This document shows positions 25,636 through 37,999 of a DNA stretch of 58,331 nucleotides, piece after piece. Location of the stretch: the NCBI RefSeq assembly GCF_001194135.2, contig NC_069001.1, positions 16,179,571-16,237,901 of the forward strand. The letters are read 5' to 3'. The translations under genes and the position numbers were made by a program. Numbering within the stretch: the first letter of the stretch is position 1; each line of letters opens with the position of its first letter. This DNA comes from Octopus bimaculoides (Eukaryota). The notes under the pieces were generated by a model that made no database searches, had not been told where the DNA came from, and worked only from the letters and a program-made list of their open reading frames with translations.

Positions 25636-26519
25636 ATTAGATAGTCAATTATTCTATTTTGGAACAAGCATTTAACAATCATACATGTGTGGGATAAGAG
25701 AGAAGCTCATTTTTAGCCTCAACCATACCATCTCCATTGAGGATGGCTGTTACTGTTGATTCTTTCAGTAGATCAGGATATATTCTTGTCTCTAGAGAGC
25801 TTTGGAATAGTATCTTAAATGGAATGGTTGGGCTATTTTTGCGCATTTCAAACAGTATGGCTGGGAAAGCCTTTGGTTTTTCTAGTTCAGAGTTTGAATG
25901 TAAACCATTAATAGCTGAAAGTAGATAATCTTCCATGATATCTATGTCATCTGAGGGTATCTCCATACATGAACACCTGAATTCTGGGGGTTCAAGAATT
26001 CTTTACAGTGCGCGCTATTTTCTTCATTACAAGACTGAAGAAAGCATTGTAGTGCTCATTTCAGAAAAGAAATTCACATACTTGTGATGGATTGTTAGTG
26101 TATGTATGCATAAACACACACACACACACAACACTGGTGTATGTTTGTGAGTGAGTGTGTGAAGATACTAACACCTGTGCACATACACTTATGATGGGTT
26201 GTTAGTGTGTGTACATTTACACACACACACACATATATATAAATCATCATCATCACACATGCATATATATTGAAAGACGAAGGAGAGAGAGAGAGAAGAT
26301 AGACAATGGAGACGAGGCCAGTAGGTAAACAGAAAAGCAAGCATTCATGCATAAATGACATCTTGTAACAACATGTTGAAGTAAAAGCAGAACCTGACAA
26401 AGGCAGAAGCCAGGATATTATATAAATGTAGGGCATGAAACATAGAACACACTGCCTACATCAGTTGAGGGAGGGAAGGAGGGCGGGTGGATTGCGGTAG
26501 AATGAAATATAGAAACTCC

Positions 26520-26900
26520 CATTTAGTGTGGCTGTGTGGTAAGAAACTTGCTTCCCAATCACATGGTTCCAGGTTCAGTCCCACTGCATGGTACCTTGAG
26601 CAAGTGTACTATAGCATTGAGTGGATCTGGCAGATGGAAACTGAAAGAAGACTGTCGTATACATATGTGTATATATGTGTGTGTGTATCTTTGTGTCTGT
26701 CTCCCACCCCACTCCCATTGCTTGACAACTGGTGCTGGTGTGTTTAAATCCCTGTAACATAGTGGTTTGGAAAAAAGAGTCTGATAGAATAAGTGCCAGG
26801 CTTAAAAAATAAGTACTGGGGTCAATTCATTTGATTAAAAAAAAAATTCTCAAAGGCAGTGCCCCAGCATGGCCACAGTCTAATGACTGAAACAAGCAAA
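26520..26900 (+). mobile_element. SINE family A copy
   Basis: Head, body and 3' end match the family. Confidence 0.85.
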
Positions 26901-27019
26901 AAATACATAAACACAAATGTATGGAGGACTCTTCATTAGTTTCATTGATGAGGATTCAAGTGTTTAACCAACTGTATCACCTGTTCATTTAATTAGGACA
27001 TTGGCGTTGGTTAGCTTGG

Positions 27020-28000
27020 GACTATAGTAGAAGACACTTGCTGTAACAGTTCTCTATTTATATTACCTGTTCCAGGTGATTTATTACATTCTAGTTTGCT
27101 AATTCCGTATCTAACATCTTTTGAAGTAATTTCTACCTCTTGTTGTACATAGTAATTCCCTGCATCTTGTTTGTTGTGCCACATTACTAATACCTATCTC
27201 TGTTTTGTTGTGGTTGTAATGTATATTCCACTATTATCTACAACTATCATTTTACTTCATTGGCTTTGTATTCTAGTTTGCCATATTTATCTTCAACAAC
27301 TTGACATTTAGGTACCAATTCTTTAGTTAGATCTTAAACTATTTCCTGTGGTTTTCTTGAGCGATTTACTGACTGATTTCTTCCAATTCCTTCACATCTT
27401 TCATTAACTCATCTCTCTTTTACTCCCCTAATTTACTTTCTTTCCTACTTTCCTATCAACCAATCTACATTCCATTTCTCCTGCTTTTTGTTTTCATTTG
27501 TTTCTCTTTCAAACCCTTTTCTTTCATCACAACTGAGATTAAAACATCTTTATTTATGCAAAGATTCTTAACTTACTTTTACCAGCTAACACTCTATTTC
27601 TTCAAAGATTCCTATTAATTCTTGCACACTGGCATCTCATGATTATGTAAAGAGTCTGAATTTTCCTCCTACTTTCGTCGTTCCATTCTGTTATATTTTG
27701 TTCATTAACTTCTTTAAGAGCATATTTTATTCTTGCAGTTTAGTTCTTGATTAATTACAAATTAATTGTTATTGTCATCATTAAAAGTCTGTGATGGTTG
27801 TCTATATCTGCACTTGGAAAAATTTGACTTTTAGCTCCATTTATACTCAACTGATATCTGTTTTGGATATGAATAAAACCCATCTGGTTATTCAATATCC
27901 TTCTTGGCGAATGCCAGCATATTTTTCTTGGCAATTTCTAACAATGTATTGCATTTGCTATAATTAGCTTCTGTTGTTTTGCAAATTTAAATAATCTTAC
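27020..28000 (-). mobile_element. Degraded RTE LINE fragment (endonuclease C-terminus and linker)
   Basis: Minus-strand reading near 27780-27890 gives QMGFIHIQNRYQLSINGAKSQIFPSADIDNHHRLL, resembling the APE motif QIDYIL...R....PGAD..SDH.L. Confidence 0.65.
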
Positions 28001-28199
28001 TTCACTCTTACTCTGTACTTTTCTTTTTTCAAGCCATGTTTATGAATAGTTCCTTTCCAACTATTATAAGCAGTTTCCGCTAAGTTATACATGTCTGCAC
28101 ATGTCTGCACACATTTTGCAACCAGCCCACCAAAGACATTAAGCACAGACAAGAAACTTGTGTGCATAAAAAAGGTTGGTTGCCTGAAGTAATTCATAA

Positions 28200-28598
28200 T
28201 GATTGTGCTGATCCCTCACTGTGGAGGGAACCTGTGGAAGAGGTAGACCCAGGAAGATGTGGGATGAAATGGTGAAGCTTTATCTTCAGATGTTGAACCT
28301 CATGGAGGTGATGACAAGTGATTGAGACCTTTGGCAATTTGCTGTGCTTCAGATGACACATCAAGCCAAGTGAAATCGTAGTTGTGGCCAGTGCTGGTGG
28401 CATGTAAAAAGCACCCACTCTCAGAGTGATTGGCATTAGGAAGGACATTCAGCCATAGAAATCAAGCCAAATCAGACTGGAGCCTGGTGCAGCCTTCTGG
28501 CTTACCAGTCAAAGTCAAACTGTCTAACCCATGCCAGCATGGAAAACAGATGCTAAATGATGATGATGTTGATGATAATGATGTTGATGATAATGATG
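28200..28598 (+). mobile_element. RTE LINE 3' end, older copy
   Basis: Degraded RGRPRK.WDE.VK segment, then the same 3' UTR and a (gat)n tail. Further 3' UTR copies lie near 4560-4730(-), 11400-11545(-), 13150-13340(+), 13680-13860(-), 15640-16055(+), 35740-35910(+), 37090-37280(+), 37535-37650(-) and 52185-52330(-). Confidence 0.8.
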
Positions 28599-28891
28599 AT
28601 CTCTCTAATGTTTAGTAGTGTGAGCAAAAAAACCTCAATGGAATGTGATTTTGTGACAACAGTAGATATAATAAGCATAATTATTAATAATCTTTTTGAG
28701 AACACAACAGTGGTAGATCAGCAGAATCATTGAGTGCTGGGTAGAAAAATGCCTCACAGTATTTCTTCTCGTTCTTTACGTTCTGAGTTCAAATTCCATA
28801 GAGGAGGCCCAATTTGCCTTTCATCCTTTTGAGGTTGCTCAAGTATAGAACCAGTCAAGTTGTGTAGTCACGTGATTAACTGACCCTACCA

Positions 28892-28922
<31 letters not shown>

Positions 28923-30613
28923 CATAATAATTACTAGCCTTGTGTGCCTTAATTAGACTGGCAGAATCAGTAGAGCATCCAATGGAATCCCTTGCAGTAC
29001 TTGTTCTGATTCTTTGCCTTCCAAGCTCAAATCCCATCATGACCTACCTGGGTAGTAGATTGAACCTATCGTTCAATTTGATACTGCCATCTTAGGTGGA
29101 TCTTAAGTGACAACCACTCTATTGATAGTATTTGGGTCAGGTCTCCAGCCAGAGGCAACTTTCCTCCATCCCTCCCTTCGATCAATCTCAAAAGCTGAGA
29201 GAAAAATCATGAGCACTGTCTTTCCTTCTGACCAAAGAATTAACAACAGCAACAACAATAATGGTTTCAAATTTTGGCACAAGGCCAGTAATTTCAGAGG
29301 AAGGGACTAGTTGATTATATCAACCTCAGTGCTCAACTGGTGCTTATTTAATTGACCCCGAAAGGATGAAAGGCAAAGTCAACCTCAGTAGAATTTGAAC
29401 TTAGAACATAAAGACAGATGAAATGCTGGTGAGGATTTTGCCTGGTGTGCCACTTTTCACTGACTTAATAATGATAATGATGATGATGATGATAATAATA
29501 ATGAAATAATAATAATAATAATAATACTAATAATCCTTTCTACAATAGGCACAAGACCTGAAATTTTTGGGGAGGAGACTAGTCAAATGCATCAACCCTA
29601 GTGCTCAACTGGTATTTCTTTTATCAACCCCGAAAGAATAAAAGGCAAGGTTGACCTCAAGAGAATTTGAACTCAGAATGTAAAGACAGACGAAATGCCA
29701 CTAAGCATTTTTGCCCACCAGGCTAATGATTCTCCCAGCTTGCTGCCTTACTAAAAAATCAAAGTCTGCCTGTGGAGCAATAATAACAATAATAATAACA
29801 ATGATTTCAAATTTTGGCACAAGGCCAGCAATTTAGAGGAAGGGGTTTAAATTGATTACATTGACCCCAGTGCTCAACTGATACTTATTTCATTGACCCC
29901 AAGAGGATGGAAGTCAAAGTCGACTTCAGTGGAATTTGAACTCAGAACATAGAGACAGATAAAATGCCACCAAGCATTTTGCCTGGTGTGCTAACGATTC
30001 TGCCAGCTTGCTACTTATTAATAATAATGATAATACAAATACACCTTTTACTACAATGGTTTTGAATTGAAATAAATCAAAATTGATTTGTTTTAATTTG
30101 GCACAGAAACCACACCAATATATTACTGGTACTTATTTGAGTTGCACCAGAAGAATAAAGAGCAAGGGGAGCTCCAGTAGCGTTTGAACTAAGAATGTAA
30201 AGAGATCAAACTAAATAATATTGTGAGGTATTTAGTTCAGCTTTCTACCATATCAACCACTACACCATAACCACCACCAACTTAGGCAGATCACCACTAC
30301 TACTACCACCACAGACTGACAACAACCTGACAACAACAAAGACTGACAACAACCTGACAACAACTAAATGATTGTTCGGCCTGCTTAAAAATAGCAGCTA
30401 AATATTCTCCAAATCAAATACTACCATCTTAAGAAAAAAAAGGATGCACTGGAAAAGATGGGGTGGTCATGGTTAGAATGGCTTTGATCTAAGTCTACTG
30501 AATTAAGACTGACCTTGGGTTAAATAACAAAAACTATCTATTACAACAGTGAAACCAGTATTAAAACCCAGGAAAGTATTGTGATCATTATGACATACCC
30601 ACAATTCATTAAC

Positions 30614-30995
30614 GTGGAGGCGCAATGGCCCAGTGGTTAAGGCAGCGGACTCGCGGTCATAGGATCGCGGTTTTGATTCCCAGACTGGGTGTTGAGAGTG
30701 TTTATTGAGCGAAAACACCTAAAGCTCCATGAGGCTCCACCAGGGGATGGTGGCGAACACTGCTGTACTCTTTCACCACAACTTTCTCTCACTCTTACTT
30801 CCTGTTTCTGTTGTGCTTGTAATTCAAAGGGTTAGCCTTGTCACACTGTGTCACGCTGAATATCCCCGAGAAGTACGTTAAGGGTACACATGTCTGTGGA
30901 ATGCTCAGCCACTTGCACATTAATTTCACGAGCAGGCTGTTCCGTTGATCGGATCAACTGGAACCCTCGACGTCGTAAGCGACGGAGTGCCAACA
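30614..30995 (+). mobile_element. tRNA-derived SINE family B, young copy with 13-bp TSD
   Basis: TSD acaattcattaac at 30601-30613 and 30996-31008. Head ggaggcgcaatggcccagtggttaaggcagcggactc...ggttttgattccc; tail gacggagtgccaaca. Older copies lie at about 13930-14250 and 56390-56700. Confidence 0.92.
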
Positions 30996-32028
30996 ACAAT
31001 TCATTAACAATTAATAAAAATTTATATATTATTTGAACAATACCCTACTTTCACTGCCTTATTTAAAAACCATTCCTTATTCAAATTCATCCACTATATT
31101 AGTGTCACCTGCTACAAATTCCTGTTAAGACAAGAGAGGATATGGATCACAGAAGGCAAGGGAGAAGGGTAGAACGCCAAGAAACACAGCAACATAAAGT
31201 CTTTAGAACTGTTAAAAACTAAATCACCACTCTGCAATGGCAGAAAAGCTTTTGTCCAGACAAGATCTTTTCACAAATCAATGTTAATATGTCAACTGTA
31301 GGCTTCCTTTTTATTCCCTAACCAAGTCAAAATCAGGTAAAAAGATCAATAAATTTAAAAGCAGGACTGTGCTGCTTTTTTTTAAACAATAAATCAATTT
31401 TGAATCAAAAGACAGTAAGCACAGCTGCCACACACCCAAAAGGATTGGTAACAATTCACCAGAAACATCTGTCAGAAGTGGTTTCAACATAATCTTACTT
31501 GAAACACAATGTCAGAAATCAGGGCATTGTTAATGGAATCACTGACCCCTGAGCATAGCAATGCACTGGGCGCTTACATCAATGTTCATTCATCAGAGTG
31601 ACAATGATGATCTAGTCATCATTCAGGATGACTGATGACTTGTGCAGTGACATTGTTTAGAGTGAAGAAGAGTTGTGCACCATCAACCTTACTCTCTTGT
31701 CTACGACCATCTTCAATCCAGTGGCAAGACCGGGTCAAGATGACAGAGGATAGATAGATCACTAAAATCCTTTTTTTTTTGCCTCACCTTGCTCTCTGCA
31801 CTTTACAATGCATGGCTGCAGCCACTTTCACTTCTGCTGAACCATAAAGGTTTCCTCTGCAGAGTCCACCAGATCCGGTCTTCACATGCATAGGTAGGCA
31901 AGCAGCCCCTACACACACTACCACTGTATACACAGGCTAACTCCAGGGCCCCTGGACACGTGAGATTCCTAAGGCAAGTATCCAATGTGCTCACTGACAA
32001 CAAATGGTGATAAGTTACCATTTAGTTT

Positions 32029-32283
32029 TAAAAATAAATAAATGCGCCCTTTTAAAGCCTAGCCAGGCTCATGGGCCCCGGTTTCAATAGCGTATGTGTT
32101 CCCCAGCTGGACGGGACGCCAGTCCATCGCAGCTTTACTCATTTTTGCCAGTTGAGTTGACTGGAGTAACGTGAAATGAAATGTTTTGCTCAACAACACA
32201 ATGCGTTGCCCGGTCCAGGAATCGAAACCACAATCTTACGATCATGATGCTGATACCCTAACCACTAGGCCACGCGCCTCTAC
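32029..32283 (-). mobile_element. SINE with family-B-type head and a V-SINE-like 3' module, 12-bp TSD
   Basis: TSD accatttagttt at 32017-32028 and 32284-32295. Minus strand reads gaggcgcgtggcctagtggttaggg...gatggactggcgtcccgtccagctgggg...(ttta)n tail. Confidence 0.9.
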
Positions 32284-33935
32284 ACCATTTAGTTTAACAG
32301 CTTCAATAAAATTAGGCTCTGAAAAAACAGGTTTGAGAATAGTGGATGGGGTTGGGTACTCGCTCTTCAAGAGAAAATATTTTATTCAATATTCCATTTT
32401 GTGGATCACAGCAGCATCGTTAGTTTCAGATTTCCAGCTGATCGGTCACTAGTTTACTGTATTTATGATAGTGTGAATGACAAAGGGTATTGCCATCATC
32501 ATCATCGTATCCATCTTTCTTTGCCGGCATGGGTGTCTGTGTAATTTGGTGCAGAACAAACATCACGCAAGAGATTGTTGTTTGAAAGAACTAGTTTATT
32601 AGTTTTACTCACTGGCATTTACAGCTTTTGCTAATACACACACACACACACACAGAGAAACATGCATGTTCACACATTCATCTACATGCACACATACTCA
32701 TATGTAATAGTAGAGGCACAGTATAGCCAGCTGTTTCTCACAGGTAAGTACAACATGGTAACATGCCTTCACTAATTGTTTCATGTACCTGTGTAGTCAT
32801 GAGCAGTTACTGTTTAAAATAAAGAAGAGTTGCACACCATTAACCTCACTCTCTCATCTGTGACCATCTTCAATCAAGTGGCAAAACTAGGTCAAGACAA
32901 CTGGGGGTGAATGTCGTAGATAGCTAAAATCTCTTATTTGCCAAATCTTGCTCTCTGCCCTTCAGAATCTCAGGATATCTCAGCGTCTCAGCCCCCATCC
33001 CTCGTGACAAAACAGGACATCCAGAATGTGACAGCCGGAGGGAGAGGGAGAGGCAACATCAATACACACTTGGTATTCATTTTCACCTGAGTAGACTAAA
33101 GTAACATGAAATGAAGTGACTTATTCAAGGACACAATTTACAGTTATTGTTATCTGATCAAGAAGAATTATGATCAAAGGTGTTGCAGCTATGACTACCC
33201 CATGTTTGGTACCTAGCATTACCAAAATATTCAGTAACACATCTAAAAAGTCAATATTGTGTAAGTAACAACAGCAAAGCTAATTTTCTGAAAAATTCCT
33301 AAAAATCCAGGGAACAATTTTTCTTTTATTCTTCTTGTTTTTTTCTTTCTTATAAGATAACTAATACCAGAATTAGTTTGCATGGAAATTCATGTACAAA
33401 ACAGGTTTTTCTAGCTAAATCGATAGACAAAATGATCACAGTATAAAACTCAGCAAATAATTAACTGCAACAACTTGACACTAAAATCCTGCTTCCTAAA
33501 CTGTCAGAGGGTTTGAAGACTTGTTTAAGAAATACAGTGGTTTCAAAATCCACAGAGAAAAGTTGAAATGTATTTTGTCCTGTCCAGATATGGCTGCTTG
33601 GTTAAGAAGTTGGCTTCTTGCTAACCACATGGTTTGGGTTCAATCATACTGTGTGGTACTTTGGACAAGTGTCTTTTATTATAGCCCTGGGCTAACCAAA
33701 GCTTTTAGAGTGGATTTGGTAGATGGAAGCTGAAAAAAAAGCCCATCATATACAGAAGGCTACAGTGCCCTATAGTAACCCTTTTTTTATACTATATTCC
33801 TATGTGTGATAACATGACTAAAAGGGATAGCAATTGGAAGGGTATCCAGCCACAAAACACTACCTTAGAAGACCTGTCTGACCCATATCAGCATGGAAAA
33901 GTGGATGTAAATGATACTGGCAATGATAATGAAAT

Positions 33936-33983
<48 letters not shown>

Positions 33984-34254
33984 GTTGGCATCAGGGTGGC
34001 TGGTAAGTTGGTTGGTAACCTAGCAATGTGGTTAGACGGTGTTTAAAAAAAATGAGGAAAATGCAAAAATAAACTTGTTCTCCTCACCAAAAAACATTGG
34101 TAAATATTTAACTGATAGACGACGCCTACAATGGAGGATTGCTTTTGTATTTTTTTTTGTGTGTATTTTTTGTTTTTGCTTTGGAATAGGTGAATAGAAA
34201 AAAAAAACCATCATCACCGTTCAAAGACATCCATCGTTGCTAACCACTTCCACC

Positions 34255-34775
34255 CATACCATTGAAACTTACACCACCACCACCACCATCACAACTGCCA
34301 CTGCTACAACTACTACTACCACCACCACCACCACCATTATCACAACTTTCACTACCACCACAGCTGTTGCCGCCACCGATGCCACCACCATTGGTGCTGT
34401 TGCCACTGCTATTATCCTACTACCACCATCACACTCCCCATCATTATTACCAGCACCATCAATGTTAACACCATCATCCACCCTCCCAACCATCAATACC
34501 ATCATCACCACACTGCTATTACTACTAATTCCACCACCGCCACCACCACTGCCCCCCCCCCACTATCACCACCACCATGATAAACAGTTAAATATCTATA
34601 GTTTTTATTTGGCAATCATTGAACAACTATTTGGTTTGGTGGAGTTATTTATAGCTGGATACCTTTCATGGTGCCAACCACTGCATCAGAATTTGAACCA
34701 ATGAAGGAGCTTCTCTACAGCTGCCCAACCAGCTCCACCACAACCACCACCACCACCACCACCACCACCATCACT
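34255..34775. repeat. (CAC/ACC/ACT)-rich trinucleotide low-complexity region
   Basis: Degenerate triplet repeats that generate spurious poly-T, poly-P and poly-H ORFs. Confidence 0.85.
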
Positions 34776-36585
34776 ATCACAATGGATTGCCACTCCTATT
34801 GATACTATGCCATGTTGTAATCTGTGAAATTTCATCATCCTGAGATCCAGCCTCTCCTTCCCATCTCTTGTATTGTCTATCATCTGTGCCAAGCACCCTC
34901 CATCTCTCCAGCCTCCAATATCTTCCTCAAGAAACACTTCTTGCCTAATAACAACCAAAAACCCAGGGCTTTAGTCATGCTCTACTACAGGTACCCGCCA
35001 CTGTTCATCCCTCCATGTGTCTCTCAATAACACTCCCTGCCTAACAACAAATATAAACCCAGATCCTTAGTCAAGGTTCGGGGCAGAAAAAACATCAGTA
35101 ATTAAGTTTGCAAATTCCTGTGAGTTCCATATGTCACAGGGTAGGAGAAGTTCTAATGATGGAAGACCCAGTTTGAAATATTGGAACACACATCTCTCTC
35201 TACTTACATACAAATTAATTCTAATTTGTGAACCTATTAAACTCCCTAGAATATGGTGTTGCTTTTGTTGTTGTGTAACCTTATGATAAGCAGGGCCAGA
35301 TTAAAATACATAGAGGCCCTAAGCACTTAAAAGATTTCGATGTCACCCATATATATGTAATTCAAAACAATAATAAACCATAAAATAAATTTCTATTTTT
35401 CAAAACAGACAAATGGAGTCTGGACAGCTCCCCAGCTCGCCAACTTTTGTCAGACCGTCTGACAGCATGGAAAATGGACGTCAAATGATGATGATGATGA
35501 TGATATATATATCATTTATATATATATATGATGGTACCTGTGAATTGTGGTGATTGATGGTACCATGTAAATGACACCTGTGAATCATAGTTGTGGTCAT
35601 TGACAGTACTGTGTAAATGGCATCCATGAATTGTGGTCGTTGCTAGTGCTACATAAACGGCACCCTTACATGGCACCCATGAATCAAAGTCATGTGGTTG
35701 CTGTCGGTGCCATGTAAATGGCACCTGTGCTGGTGGCATGTAAAAGCACTCATTGCACTCCTGGAGTGGTTGGTGTTAGGAAGGGCATCCAGGTGTAAAA
35801 ACCATGCCAAATCAGGCTGGAACCTGGTGCAGCTCTCCATTTCATCAGCTCAAGTCAAACCATCTAACCCATGCCAGCATAGAGAGCAGACATTAAATGA
35901 TGATGATGATCTGCTGTGTTATGTGTGTGTGTGTGTGTGCCTTTGTGTTTGTCACCTCATCCCCATCCCCAATCACTTGACAAATAGTGTTGGTTTGTTT
36001 ATGTCCCCATAACCTAGTTGCTCAGCAAAAAAGCCTAATCAGCAGAAAGCAGAATAAGTAACGGACTTAAAAGAAAAAACACAAACAAAACAAAACTGAG
36101 TATTGGAAGCAATTTGTCTCATTAAGACCCTTCAAGGTGGTGCTCCAGCATGGCCACAGTCCAATAATTGAAACAAGTAGAAAAGGCCTTTGTTGTGACA
36201 CAGAAACATATTTAGTTGCGACAGAGAATCATTATTTTGTATCTTAGCTGTGACAGAGAAATATTAGTTTCAAATTGTGGAACAAGGCCAGCAATTTTGG
36301 GGTGGGTCTAGTCAATTATATTGACCCCAAAAGGATGGAATGCAAAGTCGACTTTGATAGTAGAATTTGAACTCAGAACATAAAAATAGATGAAATTCCA
36401 CTAGTTGGTATAACAGAAAATGTGTAAAAATACAAACAGACCCCTTAGTAGAAAGTGAAACAAATGGTTTGGTGTGAGTTGAACCTAGACAAAAAGGAGA
36501 CAAACTTTTGGAAATGAACAAGTGTGGTGGTGGTGGTGGGGTGAGTGTTAGAAAGATGATAAGAAGTGATGGGTTTAAGAAATAC

Positions 36586-36764
36586 TGCCAACATAACATG
36601 GCAGTCCTGGTTTAGGACGAACATTGCTGTAGTTTAGCCCCAGGAGACATCGTCTCCAGCTGGTTATACATGATCATGTTGTATAACCAGCTGGAGACGA
36701 TGTCTCCTGGGACTAAATTACAGCAACATTCGTCCTAAACTAGGACTGTCATGTTATGTTGGCA
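36586..36764. repeat. Near-perfect 179-bp palindrome
   Basis: Arms 36586-36670 and 36680-36764 (85 bp) differ at 6 positions, all transitions. The 9-nt loop is tgatcatgt. Confidence 0.95.
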
Positions 36765-37999
36765 AAAATCTTTACACCAAAGTACTGTAGCTGAATATCT
36801 CTCATTGTGAGATTTAAAAATAGTAATTTTCTTAAGAAATACTGTTAATGATTTATAATCCAAACCACTTATATTTGCCTTCCAGTAACTTGAGGCTGTG
36901 TCCTGACACATCTTCACCACAATTTTCTCTAGTTTCCAACTGGAACAATGCAACCATGTATCTCCTCTACAGCAAGACACCTGTTTCTGTCCCTCTACCA
37001 TACTTTGACCTCTCAACATTTAGCATAACACCACCTCTGTCTATACCACCTTATCTTCTCAGTTGAAGGGTCTTATCTTGTGAGATACTTGGTAACTCCA
37101 CTGGTGCTGGTGCTACACAAAAAGTACCCAGTATACTCAGTGAAGTGGTTGGTGTTAGGAAGAGCATCCAGTTGTAGAAACTATACCAAAGCAGACACTG
37201 GAAGTCGGTACAGTCCACTGACTCACTAGGTCTGGTCAAACTATCCAATTGGAAAACAAACAGATGTTAAATGATGATGAGGACTTTGATAAGATTTTAA
37301 AAATTATTCCATATAAAGAGAATTTCTTATAGTAATATTGAAATTAGCTGATTTAGGGATAGTAAGGAAAAAATTGGTCCTCATTTTCAAGCAGGAAAAT
37401 ACTATAAAATAACTCCATTCACAACCCAATGTTATGGAAGAAGATATTTGCTCAAGGTATCATGCAGTGAATCAAAATCAAAACTAAAGAAGCCTACTCC
37501 CAAATACATAAACATTTAAGATCATTAGGCAATGCTGGCATGGGTTGGACAGTTTGATGGGAGTTGATGGCACCAAGGACTGCATCATGCTTCAATGTTT
37601 GCTTTGATTTGGTTTCTATAGCTGGATATCCTTCCTGGTACCAACCACTTTATGGCGTGTACTGTGTGCTTTTTGCATACCACCAACCCTAGTGAGGGCA
37701 CCATGCACCATGCAGCTTGCCAAACTACAAACCTTGAAGGAGGCAATTTTATGATAGCAGATGAGTTGTATAGAGGATTAAAGTATGAGAGAAAAGGGCC
37801 AGAGCAGACAGATTTCTTGACTTCTCATATTTAAAAAAAAGAGGATGGGAGTGGTCAGGTAGAGCTTGAAAGCAGTCAAAATAGGCATTTTATGGTTGAA
37901 TGGTTAAGAGGTTTGCTTTACAATTATGAGGTCCTGGGTTCAATCCTACAGTGTGGCATCTTAGGCAAATATAGACCCCTTCAGCACAATCTTCAAAAG

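Larger units (their letters stand above)
24500..26010 (-). pseudogene. Degraded CR1/L2-like LINE reverse transcriptase with nested insertions
   Basis: 25679-25966: ...FKILFQSSLETRIYPDLLKESTVTAIL. About 24880-25130: VDTICTCLDFVRVFNKI...GISGK...RNQSVV...VPQSTVLGLLLFI. 24523-24822: YANDMKILTVVK (YADD-like). Confidence 0.8.

Noticed and set aside
30614-30690. tRNA gene
   Set aside because: It is the tRNA-like head of a SINE (TSD-bounded, continues into the SINE body) and no complete cloverleaf is evident.
31580-31660. CTGATGA motifs on both strands
   Set aside because: No downstream GAAA or stem architecture.
31787-31972. GC-richer minus-strand segment with an AAG|gtgagg donor, considered as a LIM exon
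   Set aside because: All frames from the candidate acceptors hit stops, and none shows LIM Cys/His spacing.
34237-34704. 155-aa Thr/Pro/His-rich ORF resembling a mucin
   Set aside because: Degenerate trinucleotide repeat, open in several frames on both strands, with no convincing splice context.
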